Shown: piece by piece, positions 15,223 through 23,845 of the stretch
How positions within the stretch are numbered: the first letter of the stretch is position 1
Layout of the letters: the number at the start of each line of letters is the position of its first letter
Assembly: GCA_016700375.1 (NCBI GenBank)
Contig: CP065016.1
Span: 390,001 to 422,000, forward strand
Origin: Candidatus Saccharimonadota bacterium
GTDB lineage: Bacteria; Patescibacteriota; Saccharimonadia; Saccharimonadales; UBA4665
Reading direction: 5' to 3'
Length of the DNA: 32,000 nucleotides
Position numbers and translations under genes: made by a program
Notes under the pieces: model-generated
What the model saw: the letters and a program-made list of their open reading frames with translations, nothing else
What the model was told of the DNA's origin: nothing
Database searches by the model: none

Positions 15223-16614
15223 ATGGCCAATAATCCCAAACGGTTTGACTCAGATAAACTCCTTGAAAAAGGAGTTGAGATGCCTGCCGTCATGCTGGAT
15301 AAAACTCTGGAAGCCGGTACAAAGGTTGTCCAGGCAGTTCCGAACAGCAAAAGCCTCAAAAAAGCCCGTGACTACTGGCATGCCCTTGGGCCTGGCCTAA
15401 CAACCGGAGCCAGCGACGACGACCCGTCGGGTATCGCCACCTACAGCCAAGCGGGTGCGCAGCATGGTTTTGGGTTTCTGTGGCTCAGTCTGTGGACGTT
15501 CCCGCTGATGAGTGTGGTGCAGGAAATGTGTGCCCGGATTGGCATGGTGACAGGACGAGGACTGGCTGGCAATATCCGCATTAATTTTTCTCGGCGCATG
15601 CTGCGGTTTGTAACACTGCTGCTTTTTGCGGCAAACGCTTTTAACATTGGCGCCGACCTCGGGGCGATGGCCAAAGCCGTCCAGCTCCTTCGGCCTAGTT
15701 TTTCGTTTGGCTGGCTGGTGGTTGGATTTGCCGTGCTCAGTTTGCTCTTACAGGTTCTCATGCCCTACGCCAAATACGCGCGCTATCTCAAATGGCTCGC
15801 GCTGGTTCTGCTGAGCTACATTGTCTCGGCCGTACTCGCAAAGATTGATTGGAGCGAGGCCGTCCGCGCCACTTTTGTCCCGGAGCTCACATTTAACAGA
15901 GATAGCCTTCTCCTCATTTGTGCCATTCTTGGTACAACCATATCGCCGTACCTGTTCTTCTGGCAGACTAGTCAGGAAGTAGAAGAGGAAATCCTAGAGG
16001 GCAAAACAACCCTGCGAGAACGCCGCAGTGCGACCGCGCCCGCACAAATCAAGCGCATGCGTATAGATGTGTGGAGTGGGATGTTTTTGAGTAACCTCGT
16101 TATGTTTTTCATTATTGCCGTTTGTGGCTGGGTGCTTTTCCCGCACGGCATTACCAATATCACCAGTGCCGCTCAGGCCGCCGAAGCCTTGCGACCGTTT
16201 GCGGGCGATGCCACCTACTACCTGTTCGCCATCGGCATTATCGGCACCGGCATGCTTGCCATACCAGTGCTTGCCGGCTCTTCGAGCTATGCAGTTTCTG
16301 AAAGTTTGAAGTGGAAGGGCAGTTTGCACAGCCAGCTAAAACAAGCCCATGCGTTTTACGGCGTTATCATAATATCGATGATGGTTGGGCTTGGCCTTAA
16401 CTTCGTCGGCATAGACCCTATAAAAGCACTTATATACTCGGCAGCGGCGAACGGCATCGTGGCACCATTTGTGCTGTTTTTCATTGTAAAGCTTAGTAGT
16501 AACCGGAAGCTGATGGGTCACTGGACAAACCACCGCAGCACCACCTACATTGGCTGGCTCACAACCCTCCTTATGGCCGCCGCCGGCATTGCTGCCATTT
16601 GGTCACTTATATAA
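15223..16614 (+). CDS. mntH: NRAMP-family divalent metal transporter
   Basis: GPGLTTGASDDDPSGIATYSQAGAQHGFGFLW is the hallmark NRAMP N-terminal motif. It has about 11 TM segments. Confidence 0.85.
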   Translation: MANNPKRFDSDKLLEKGVEMPAVMLDKTLEAGTKVVQAVPNSKSLKKARDYWHALGPGLTTGASDDDPSGIATYSQAGAQHGFGFLWLSLWTFPLMSVVQEMCARIGMVTGRGLAGNIRINFSRRMLRFVTLLLFAANAFNIGADLGAMAKAVQLLRPSFSFGWLVVGFAVLSLLLQVLMPYAKYARYLKWLALVLLSYIVSAVLAKIDWSEAVRATFVPELTFNRDSLLLICAILGTTISPYLFFWQTSQEVEEEILEGKTTLRERRSATAPAQIKRMRIDVWSGMFLSNLVMFFIIAVCGWVLFPHGITNITSAAQAAEALRPFAGDATYYLFAIGIIGTGMLAIPVLAGSSSYAVSESLKWKGSLHSQLKQAHAFYGVIIISMMVGLGLNFVGIDPIKALIYSAAANGIVAPFVLFFIVKLSSNRKLMGHWTNHRSTTYIGWLTTLLMAAAGIAAIWSLI

Positions 16615-16680
16615 CATGCAAGCATTATTACAGATGGTGGGTAGAGTTTGTTCGAGGCGAAATAGACCGATACCACTACG

Positions 16681-17886
16681 CTATTCGTGGCGCAGGGCTT
16701 CGATTGGGTCCATTCGGGCGGCTTTGAGGGCAGGTATAGCTCCAAAAAAGACACCAGTGCCGAGCGCTACAAGGGGTGCGGCTACCACTACTGGCCACAC
16801 AAGTACCGGAGAGAGGCTGGTGTATGCCCGGAGCAAGCCCACTGCTCCTACTGACAGTACGACCCCCGCCAGCGCACCGACAAAACACAACGCAAACGCC
16901 TCGGTAATAAACTGGCGAAGTATTTGTTTGTTTGTCGCACCAATGGCTTTGCGCAAACCGATTTCGTGAATCCGTTCCGTTACGCTCACAAGCATCATAT
17001 TCATTATGCCCACGCCGCCTACCACAAGCGCCACCACGGCCATACACATGGTCATAAGAGTGAGTAGATTCAGTGTCGGCTCGGCAACTCCCTGTTTTGA
17101 GCCAGGCGCAAGAACCATAACGTCTTGTGTGCCGCCGTGCGAATCAGAAATAGCCTTTTGTAGCTCGGGTGCAAGCGCTTTCACATCAGCACCAGGTTTC
17201 GCCTGGACAAATAGTTGATTCATGCGAGGCGCCGAACCAAGCAATGACTGAGCTGCAGCATAGGGTATAAAAACAGCGTCATTGTAGTTTGCCTCTAGCG
17301 AAAAAGGGGCAGCTGTAAACGAGCGAAATATCCCGCTCACTATAAACTCTTGGCCACGGTAGGTAAAGCGCTGCCCAAGCGGTGCGGCATCATCAAATAG
17401 TTGCGCGGCAACCGACTTTCCAAGAACGGCGACCTTTTCTCCGTCGGCCGCTGCAAAAAAGCCGCCAAACTCTAGCTTTTGATGCAAAATATCTCCAAGC
17501 TCTGGCGTCGTAGCTAGTATGAGTGGATTGCTGACTGTACGGTCGGCCTTTATGGCACCACGCATGCTGCTGAGCGGTATGACCTGCTGAACTTTTGGTG
17601 AGCGGCGCAGAGTATCGACATCGGCTGGCTCAAGTAGTGTTGCACCTGCGCCGGCTGTGGCACCAAATACACCTTGCACAGCGTCTGGTCGAACAATAAG
17701 TACATCCTTCCCGTACCGGGCAGATTGGTTAGCGATTTGCTCTTTCACGCCTTGGCCAACTCCTACCACAAGAACGACCGACATAACACCAATGACTATG
17801 CCAAGCATGGTCATAAAGCTTCGAGTGCGCGAGGCGCGCAGACTCTGTAGCGCCAAACCTAGATAGCCTTTTCGTATGCTAATCAT
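16681..17886 (-). CDS. ABC transporter permease, MacB/FtsX type
   Basis: N-terminal TM, a large periplasmic domain, and a C-terminal FtsX-like 3-TM bundle (ERIHEIGLRKAIGAT). Confidence 0.9.
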   Translation of the reverse strand: MISIRKGYLGLALQSLRASRTRSFMTMLGIVIGVMSVVLVVGVGQGVKEQIANQSARYGKDVLIVRPDAVQGVFGATAGAGATLLEPADVDTLRRSPKVQQVIPLSSMRGAIKADRTVSNPLILATTPELGDILHQKLEFGGFFAAADGEKVAVLGKSVAAQLFDDAAPLGQRFTYRGQEFIVSGIFRSFTAAPFSLEANYNDAVFIPYAAAQSLLGSAPRMNQLFVQAKPGADVKALAPELQKAISDSHGGTQDVMVLAPGSKQGVAEPTLNLLTLMTMCMAVVALVVGGVGIMNMMLVSVTERIHEIGLRKAIGATNKQILRQFITEAFALCFVGALAGVVLSVGAVGLLRAYTSLSPVLVWPVVVAAPLVALGTGVFFGAIPALKAARMDPIEALRHE

Positions 17887-18758
17887 GCTTCGGCCTTTCG
17901 TTTTGGTTTCCGCTTGGCGCGTCGTTTGGCTGGCTTACCCTGCGTTTTCTTTGGTGAAGACTCGGTTTCATTTGGCCGGATTTTCATAAGGGCAGAGACA
18001 CCAGCGAGGTCATCTTCTTCTGTTGCAACGGGAACGGTGTACATAAACTTGCTCACATAGCGCCCAACCTCACCAAGCTTGGTTTGTTCGTCATGTTTAA
18101 TCAGCCCATCTTGCATGTAAACCACTCGTGTCGCATAGCGCGTCAACTCTGGGTTATGGGTAACAAAAATGATTGTGTTGCCGCTTTTGTTTATTTCGCT
18201 CAAAAGCTCCATAACGAGTCGCGAACTTTCCGTGTCAAGGTTACCCGTTGGTTCATCGGCAATGATAATCTCTGGTTGGTTCACCAGCGCCCGTGCAATT
18301 GCTACGCACTGAGTTTGGCCACCAGAAAGCTGACGAGGGTAGTAGTAACACCGTTCTGTTAAACCAACACGCTCTAGCATGGCTCGAGCAGCCTGATTGC
18401 GCTTAGTGGTCGGAAACCCACGGTACAGGAGTGGCAGGGCTACATTCTCAATAGCCGTCAGCCGACCGAGCAAGTTAAACGACTGAAAAATAAAACCAAT
18501 TTTATCACGGCGTATTCTCGCCCGACGGTTGGTCGAAAGCCGGCTGACACGCTTACCGCCAAACAGGTAGTCGCCGTGCGTGGGGTGGTCCAGAAGACCA
18601 ATCATATTCATAAGCGTACTTTTACCGCTGCCACTTGGACCCATAACGGCCACGCATTCGCCTTTTTCTATCTTTAAACTAACCTCGTCGAGCGCCACAC
18701 TCGTGGCATCGCCGAAGCCGTACAGCTTGCTGACGTCTTTTAGTTCTATCAGAGACAT
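17883..18758 (-). CDS. ABC transporter ATP-binding protein (MacB/LolD type) with a basic C-terminal extension
   Basis: Walker A GPSGSGKST, signature LSGGQ, Walker B IIIADEPT. The start MSLIELKDV (18758) is preferred. The stop overlaps the permease start (ATGA). The tail is KKTQGKPAKRRAKRKPKRKAEA. Confidence 0.9.
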   Translation of the reverse strand: MSLIELKDVSKLYGFGDATSVALDEVSLKIEKGECVAVMGPSGSGKSTLMNMIGLLDHPTHGDYLFGGKRVSRLSTNRRARIRRDKIGFIFQSFNLLGRLTAIENVALPLLYRGFPTTKRNQAARAMLERVGLTERCYYYPRQLSGGQTQCVAIARALVNQPEIIIADEPTGNLDTESSRLVMELLSEINKSGNTIIFVTHNPELTRYATRVVYMQDGLIKHDEQTKLGEVGRYVSKFMYTVPVATEEDDLAGVSALMKIRPNETESSPKKTQGKPAKRRAKRKPKRKAEA

Positions 18759-18909
18759 GCGTGCCCCTAGTGTACCGCCTAACACAACAGAGGCGCAACC
18801 ACAGGCACGATATTTTATGTGGTATTTTTAACTATAGCGTACTTTTCACCCGGGATGATGATTTTCCCTCTGTAGGATTTACCTCGTTTGAGCTATACTT
18901 ACCTTCGAT

Positions 18910-18999
18910 GGAGGGGTCGCCTAGTGGTCTATGGCGCCGCCTTGGAAAGGCGGTTTGCGGGCAACTGCATCGAGGGTTCGAATCCCTCTCCCTCCGCCA
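18910..18999 (+). tRNA. tRNA-Ser (GGA), CCA encoded
   Basis: Manual fold: acceptor GGAGGGG/TCCCTCC, D-arm GCC..GGC, anticodon stem CCGCC/GGCGG with loop TTGGAAA, a long variable arm, and T-arm GAGGG-TTCGAAT-CCCTC followed by G-CCA. Confidence 0.9.
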
Positions 19000-19210
19000 C
19001 ATAAAAAGGCTCACCGAAAAGTAAGTCTTTTTCTATGGGCGAAAGTAGGGCGAGTGCCCTCGTTTAGGTATCGGCGAAGGAGGAAGGGAGCGACGAACAT
19101 GCTTGCATGGTCATCGTGAATACCGCAGTAAGAGTGTGGCCGTTGGCCATGCGATATACCTCTCTCTCTGCCATCTGGATATTGCATTATATTAATTATT
19201 ATGATAAAAT

Positions 19211-19663
19211 ATGTATATGACATCACCCCATAAAGACGGTGAATATTTTGCCTGGAACATTGCCGCCAATTTGCTTCGTGATCCAAATGCGCCCACGGAC
19301 GTCGCCGAGTTCGTCGTCGATGGCCGTAAGGCAGAGATGACAATATTAGCCGGCAGAACCGGATTACATCATAATGTTGTTATTTTTGGACGCACCATGG
19401 GTTCCCCTGAAATTGAGGAAATATGCATAACGTGGATGCCCACAAACACTGAAAGAAAGGGAGGGCACATAAGCGTTAGTCTTCTGCCAGATTCACTACA
19501 CGTTTACGCCCCGGGACAGAACGATAGCCTACACAAAGCAATTCAGCTACTCCACATGCTACCAAACACTGTTTGGGACCCAGGCCTCACTGTAGCCTCA
19601 GGTGATGACGTAAGAATTGCGAACAGTGTACTGCAACCAGCTCTAGCTGAATCAGACCATTAA
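19211..19663 (+). CDS. hypothetical protein
   Basis: 150-aa ORF preceded by an AT-rich promoter-like stretch. No motif recognised. Confidence 0.5.
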   Translation: MYMTSPHKDGEYFAWNIAANLLRDPNAPTDVAEFVVDGRKAEMTILAGRTGLHHNVVIFGRTMGSPEIEEICITWMPTNTERKGGHISVSLLPDSLHVYAPGQNDSLHKAIQLLHMLPNTVWDPGLTVASGDDVRIANSVLQPALAESDH

Positions 19664-20364
19664 CGGATTGTTGTACCCACAGGTTCGCCAGCCGCAGCAC
19701 GGGCGATATTACCTTCGGTCAGCAGGTCGCACACAATAAGCGTCTTTTTGTCTTCCAGCGCCATGCCAAGCGCTGCCTTATCCATAACCTGAATGTCGCC
19801 ATTGGCAAGCGCCTCGTCGTAGGTGAGTGTGTCAAATTTACGCGCATCTTCGAACTTCATGGGGTCTTTATCGTACACACCATCTACCTTAGTGGTTTTG
19901 ATAATGGCATCGCACTTGAGTTCTAGCGCAAGGTTCACTGCCGCAGTATCGGTAGTGACGAATGGCCTACCCGTGCCGCCGCCAATAATGACGACGCGGT
20001 TTTTGCGCAGGTGGTTAACAGCACGGCGATAGGTGTAGCCATCGATAAACTGGTCGACCGTAATGTTGCTGAGCGCCCGTGTTTTCAGCCCGACGGCGTT
20101 GAACACATCGGCGAGCGTGACCGCGTTCATAATCGTGCCCAGCATACCCACATTGTGCGCCGTGACGTCCACAATGCCATTGCCCATCAGCTGCGCGCCG
20201 CGAGCATAATTGCCCCCACCGACGATGATTGCCACTTCAGTACCAGCTTCGACTGTAGGTTTGATTTGCCCTGCAATCCACTTGGCTCTCTCGGCGTCGA
20301 AGCCGCCGTCTTTATCACCCTGCAACTGTTCCCCTGAAAGTTTGAGTAGAATTCGTTTATACAT
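19660..20364 (-). CDS. pyrH: UMP kinase
   Basis: MYKRILLKLSGEQL, IIVGGGNYARG, VVIIGGGTGRPFVTTDTAA. The start at 20364 is preferred over the listed 20400. Confidence 0.92.
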   Translation of the reverse strand: MYKRILLKLSGEQLQGDKDGGFDAERAKWIAGQIKPTVEAGTEVAIIVGGGNYARGAQLMGNGIVDVTAHNVGMLGTIMNAVTLADVFNAVGLKTRALSNITVDQFIDGYTYRRAVNHLRKNRVVIIGGGTGRPFVTTDTAAVNLALELKCDAIIKTTKVDGVYDKDPMKFEDARKFDTLTYDEALANGDIQVMDKAALGMALEDKKTLIVCDLLTEGNIARAAAGEPVGTTIR

Positions 20365-20450
20365 AGTGAAAAGCATAGCTTTTCTCGCAGCGAAGAGCAA
20401 GGGGGCACCTCTAAGAAACTATTGCGTTTCGTCGTATACTATTTAGGTAG

Positions 20451-20901
20451 ATGGTAATACATAGAACACCCAGTAAAACCATTCGATTGTTGCGAATTGC
20501 CAGCCATACCAAACTTATTTTCGCCCTCTATATCTTGAATTTTATTTCCTGCACACTGCTTTTTATGCTGTTCGAGAATAAACCCATCGGCGATGCGCTG
20601 TGGTGGTGTACGGTTACCTGGTACACGGTGGGCTACGGTGACCTGTACCCATTGACTGGCTACGGTCGCCTGTTCGGCATGTACGTTATCATTAAGCTCA
20701 CACATTTTCATTGTGCTGCTCACGGCCAATGTTGTTGCCAAACTTAGCCAATACCGTGCCGAGGCCGCACTTGAAGAAGAACGTCGCATGCACAAACAGG
20801 AAATGAAGCTCCTTCGCGCCCGACTTATTAAAACCACCCAATTCCAGACTATCGAGCATAAAAAGAAGCGCTTTCGGCTGCCATTCCTGACAGAGAAATA
20901 A
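20451..20901 (+). pseudogene. 2-TM K+ channel gene interrupted by a +1-nt frameshift
   Basis: The selectivity filter TVGYGD lies in frame 0. After GRLFGMYVII the frame runs into a stop at 20745-20747. The expected inner helix and cytoplasmic tail (SSHIFIVLLTANVVAKLSQYR...) continue in the +1 frame to 20901. Removing one A at 20694/20695 (ATTAAGC) restores a single ORF. Confidence 0.75.
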
Positions 20902-20918
20902 TCAGATATACTAACAAG

Positions 20919-21713
20919 ATGAAACTATACAGCTGGAATGTGAATGGGATACGGGCGGTACTGACCAAGGGCGCACTGCAAAAGTTCATCGACGAGCATG
21001 ATCCGGATATGCTGTGCCTGCAAGAAACCAAGGCCGAGCGGGGGCAGGTGGAGTTTGATTTTCCGCAGTACGAAGAGCACTTTTTTAGTGCGGTAAAGAA
21101 GGGCTACAGCGGCACCGCCATACTATCCAAAGTGAAACCGCTCAGATATATAGATGGCTTCCCGGGTGAAATCGTAGAAAAATACGACGTCACGGGTGAC
21201 ACGTACGGCGACCCAAACGCAGAAGGACGAATTATTGCCGCGGAGTTTGCGGGTTACTGGGTAGTCACATGCTACACGCCCAACAGCAAAGGCGATCTGA
21301 GCCGTCTGAAACTTCGCTATGAGCACTGGGACAAAGCCTGCCTCGCCTATCTGCAGGAATTAGAAAAGACCAAACCAGTGCTTTACTGCGGCGATATGAA
21401 TGTGGCGCACAAAGAGATTGACCTCGCCAACCCCAAGGCAAATGTGGGCAAGCACGGCTTTACCGACGAAGAGCGCGAGCGGTTTGGCGACTATCTCTCC
21501 GCCGGATTTGTAGACACCTTTCGTACTGCAAACCCAAACGCAACCGAAAAATACACCTGGTGGACACACTGGGCCAATGCCCGCGCCCGCAATGTCGGCT
21601 GGCGCATAGACTACTGGCTCGCCAGCAAGGACATTGCTGGAAAGGTAAATAACCCGCAGATCCACCCCGAGGTCATGGGCAGCGACCATTGCCCGGTAAG
21701 TATTGAACTGTAG
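20919..21713 (+). CDS. xth: exodeoxyribonuclease III
   Basis: MKLYSWNVNGIRA, CLQETK, and C-terminal GSDHCPV. Confidence 0.92.
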   Translation: MKLYSWNVNGIRAVLTKGALQKFIDEHDPDMLCLQETKAERGQVEFDFPQYEEHFFSAVKKGYSGTAILSKVKPLRYIDGFPGEIVEKYDVTGDTYGDPNAEGRIIAAEFAGYWVVTCYTPNSKGDLSRLKLRYEHWDKACLAYLQELEKTKPVLYCGDMNVAHKEIDLANPKANVGKHGFTDEERERFGDYLSAGFVDTFRTANPNATEKYTWWTHWANARARNVGWRIDYWLASKDIAGKVNNPQIHPEVMGSDHCPVSIEL

Positions 21714-21764
21714 CGCATTCCACACTAGCCTCATACTAGCGACGGGCGTACAATTACATGCACT

Positions 21765-22022
21765 ATGACAGATGACCAAATAGACGACCTGAAACAATTT
21801 ATTGCAACCACTGTACGCAACGAGGTCTCATTTCAGCTGAGCGAGCAAACGAAGGAGCTGAAAAAGGCTCTCCGTCGAGTCGAAGAAAAAGTTGATGACA
21901 TTGAGACGGCCACCCATACGATGATTGATACAGTTGGCGCAGAGATTGAAAATCATGACGAGAAACTAACTAATCACGCAACCCGCATTACAAAACTTGA
22001 AGCCGCCCAACTTCCCGCATAG
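21765..22022 (+). CDS. hypothetical coiled-coil protein
   Basis: 85-aa ORF with an acidic, heptad-like composition. No motif recognised. Confidence 0.45.
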   Translation: MTDDQIDDLKQFIATTVRNEVSFQLSEQTKELKKALRRVEEKVDDIETATHTMIDTVGAEIENHDEKLTNHATRITKLEAAQLPA

Positions 22023-22025
22023 CGT

Positions 22026-22631
22026 ATGAACAGAGACGTGGATTTTTTGTACGAACTAGGGGCACTCCGGCTCATTGATCGGCAGTGGCGGCGCTTTCAT
22101 AGCCAAAACTTTGCGAACCTGGCCGACCACCATTTTCGGGTGGCGTGGATTGCACTGGTGATTGCCGCACGTGAAGGCGGGAAGATTGATACCGGCAAAA
22201 TCGTTAAAATGGCGCTAGTGCACGACATAGCAGAGAGTCGCACGGGCGACGTGGACTACCTTTCACGCCAGTACGTCACCAAAGACGAAGCGGGTGCGGC
22301 GCGCGACATGATGGACGAAACAAGCGTGAGCGGAGAATTCTTAGCGCTGCTCGAAGAATATGAAAAACGCGAATGCATAGAGGCAAAAATAGTCAAAGAT
22401 GCCGATAACCTCGACGTAGACATGGAACTGTGCGAACAAGCCATGCAGGGAAATGCACTACGCAAAACGTGGCAGTTCAACCGCCGTCTGGTGGCCGATA
22501 CCAAGTTGTACACCAAAACCGCTCGGCACATGTGGGATGAAATACAGAGCACCGACCCAGACCACTGGCACGCCGGCTCACCCAAAAACCGCGTCAATGG
22601 CGGCGACTGGAAACCGGCTGAAAAACCTTAG
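22026..22631 (+). CDS. HD-domain phosphohydrolase (YfbR-like 5'-nucleotidase family)
   Basis: HHFRVAW ... ALVHDIAESRTGD ... DADNLD metal-binding pattern. Confidence 0.8.
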   Translation: MNRDVDFLYELGALRLIDRQWRRFHSQNFANLADHHFRVAWIALVIAAREGGKIDTGKIVKMALVHDIAESRTGDVDYLSRQYVTKDEAGAARDMMDETSVSGEFLALLEEYEKRECIEAKIVKDADNLDVDMELCEQAMQGNALRKTWQFNRRLVADTKLYTKTARHMWDEIQSTDPDHWHAGSPKNRVNGGDWKPAEKP

Positions 22632-22640
22632 GTTTTTCAG
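22618..22640 (+). terminator. terminator-like hairpin overlapping the stop codon
   Basis: CTGAAAAACC-TTA-GGTTTTTCAG is a perfect 10-bp stem and includes TAG 22629-22631. Confidence 0.5.
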
Positions 22641-22645
22641 TAATG

Positions 22646-23715
22646 CACGAGTTTCGCACTTTCACCCATTCAACCGGGCAGCCAGCGCAAGCTGGATGCC
22701 TGGTTTTATGACCTCCCAATCTTGTTGGTATAGCGTCGTTTGGTCAATTAGCCTTCTCTTATGTTTTCGTACCCAGGTAAGCAAAGCTAACCCAATGTGG
22801 TTTCTTTGGGCTCGGCTAAGATTGGCCTGACAGCGGGATAAGCCACAGGTTTGTTTGAGCTCTCGATGCAGTACCTCGACACTCCAACGGCGCTCGAAGT
22901 ATTTCTTGACTTGTTCGCGGGTGAGGTCAGTACGACTTGTACCAACATAATCCGTGCGGCCGTTACTGGCCTCAAACCGGAAGACTCTGATCCACCCATA
23001 GCCTTTCAGATATGTCACCAAGCCTGTATCTGGTATATCTAACTCTCTGAGCTGGATATGTGGCTTACCGACTAACCGGTTGCTCCTCAGCCCCATGACC
23101 CAGTCCCAGCCATGAGAGCGAACTGCCTTAAGGTTTTTTAGAGAGCCGTACCAGCTATCCGCAACAACCATCTCCGGGCGTAGCCCTCTCTGTCTTGTGC
23201 TACTCAGCATATCCTGGAAGTGATCATTCTTAGTCTTGCCGTCTTCTGGCGGGTTCCAGATGCGGTAGTCCATAGGAATGTAGTGTTCTGTATCTACTTG
23301 CCACAACGCATTTACAACGCCAATCCCTCTGGTGATGTCATGCTTACTTCCCGCATGCTGCCAGTTCACAAGCTCCATCTTGCCGCTTCGGCTTTTGTCG
23401 ATGACGACATCATCGAAGACCAAAATGCCAGGAGTGGCGCGAACTTCCTTAGCGGCAGCTTGCCACAGGTCTTTGGGCTGTATCTTTTCAGATGCTAGCC
23501 AACGGGAGACGCTGTCGTGAGAGAGCATGGCATTGTCTGGGGCTACTTCGCTCAAGCTGAGCGCAGAATACCGTGAGGAGGTGACCTCCAGGAATGAGCA
23601 GTACAGCTCACGAGAACATTTTGAACGAGACATGTTTATTTTCCTTGTTTACGAAAAAGCATGACTGACGTCATGCTTCTAGGCTAGCAAAGAATTGGGG
23701 AGTGCGAAACTCGTG
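22646..23715 (-). mobile_element. complete IS element (IS701/IS4-superfamily-like), 1070 bp
   Basis: Perfect 15-bp terminal inverted repeats: CACGAGTTTCGCACT (22646-22660) and AGTGCGAAACTCGTG (23701-23715). A single DDE transposase ORF lies inside. The flanking pentamers TAATG (22641-22645) and TGATG (23716-23720) could be an imperfect target duplication. Confidence 0.85.
22662..23633 (-). CDS. DDE transposase (IS701/IS4-like)
   Basis: ILVFDDVVIDKSRSGKMELV (first D region), MVVADSWYGS (second D), RWSVEVLHRELKQTCGL (E/K region). Confidence 0.85.
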   Translation of the reverse strand: MSRSKCSRELYCSFLEVTSSRYSALSLSEVAPDNAMLSHDSVSRWLASEKIQPKDLWQAAAKEVRATPGILVFDDVVIDKSRSGKMELVNWQHAGSKHDITRGIGVVNALWQVDTEHYIPMDYRIWNPPEDGKTKNDHFQDMLSSTRQRGLRPEMVVADSWYGSLKNLKAVRSHGWDWVMGLRSNRLVGKPHIQLRELDIPDTGLVTYLKGYGWIRVFRFEASNGRTDYVGTSRTDLTREQVKKYFERRWSVEVLHRELKQTCGLSRCQANLSRAQRNHIGLALLTWVRKHKRRLIDQTTLYQQDWEVIKPGIQLALAARLNG

Positions 23716-23725
23716 TGATGTACGT

Positions 23726-23832
23726 GTCACGTGTGACCTTTCGCGATGAATTATCATTTTTCCTGTCACAATGTAGCTCCAACAGTTACATGTCACAGGA
23801 TAATCCTATGTGACAGGTGACAGGATAATTGC
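23726..23832. promoter_or_regulatory. cluster of TGTCAC/GTGACA repeats (operator-like) upstream of the iminopeptidase gene
   Basis: GTCAC-GT-GTGAC (23726-23737), TGTCAC (23764-23769), and TGTCACAGGATAATCCTATGTGACAGGTGACAGGATAAT (23791-23829). The last stretch contains an imperfect palindrome and a 13-nt direct repeat, GT(C/G)ACAGGATAAT. Confidence 0.45.
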
Positions 23833-23845
23833 TACACTCCTATGT

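Noticed and set aside
16550-17047. ORFs 16550-16969 (+) and 16676-17047 (-) overlap the ABC permease gene.
   Set aside because: The permease frame carries a clear FtsX/MacB signature. The alternatives have low-complexity Arg/Pro/Ala-rich composition.
19011-19343. 110-aa minus-strand ORF next to tRNA-Ser.
   Set aside because: It overlaps the start of the + strand ORF 19211-19663 and the AT-rich promoter-like region. It has Arg/His-rich odd composition and no SD.
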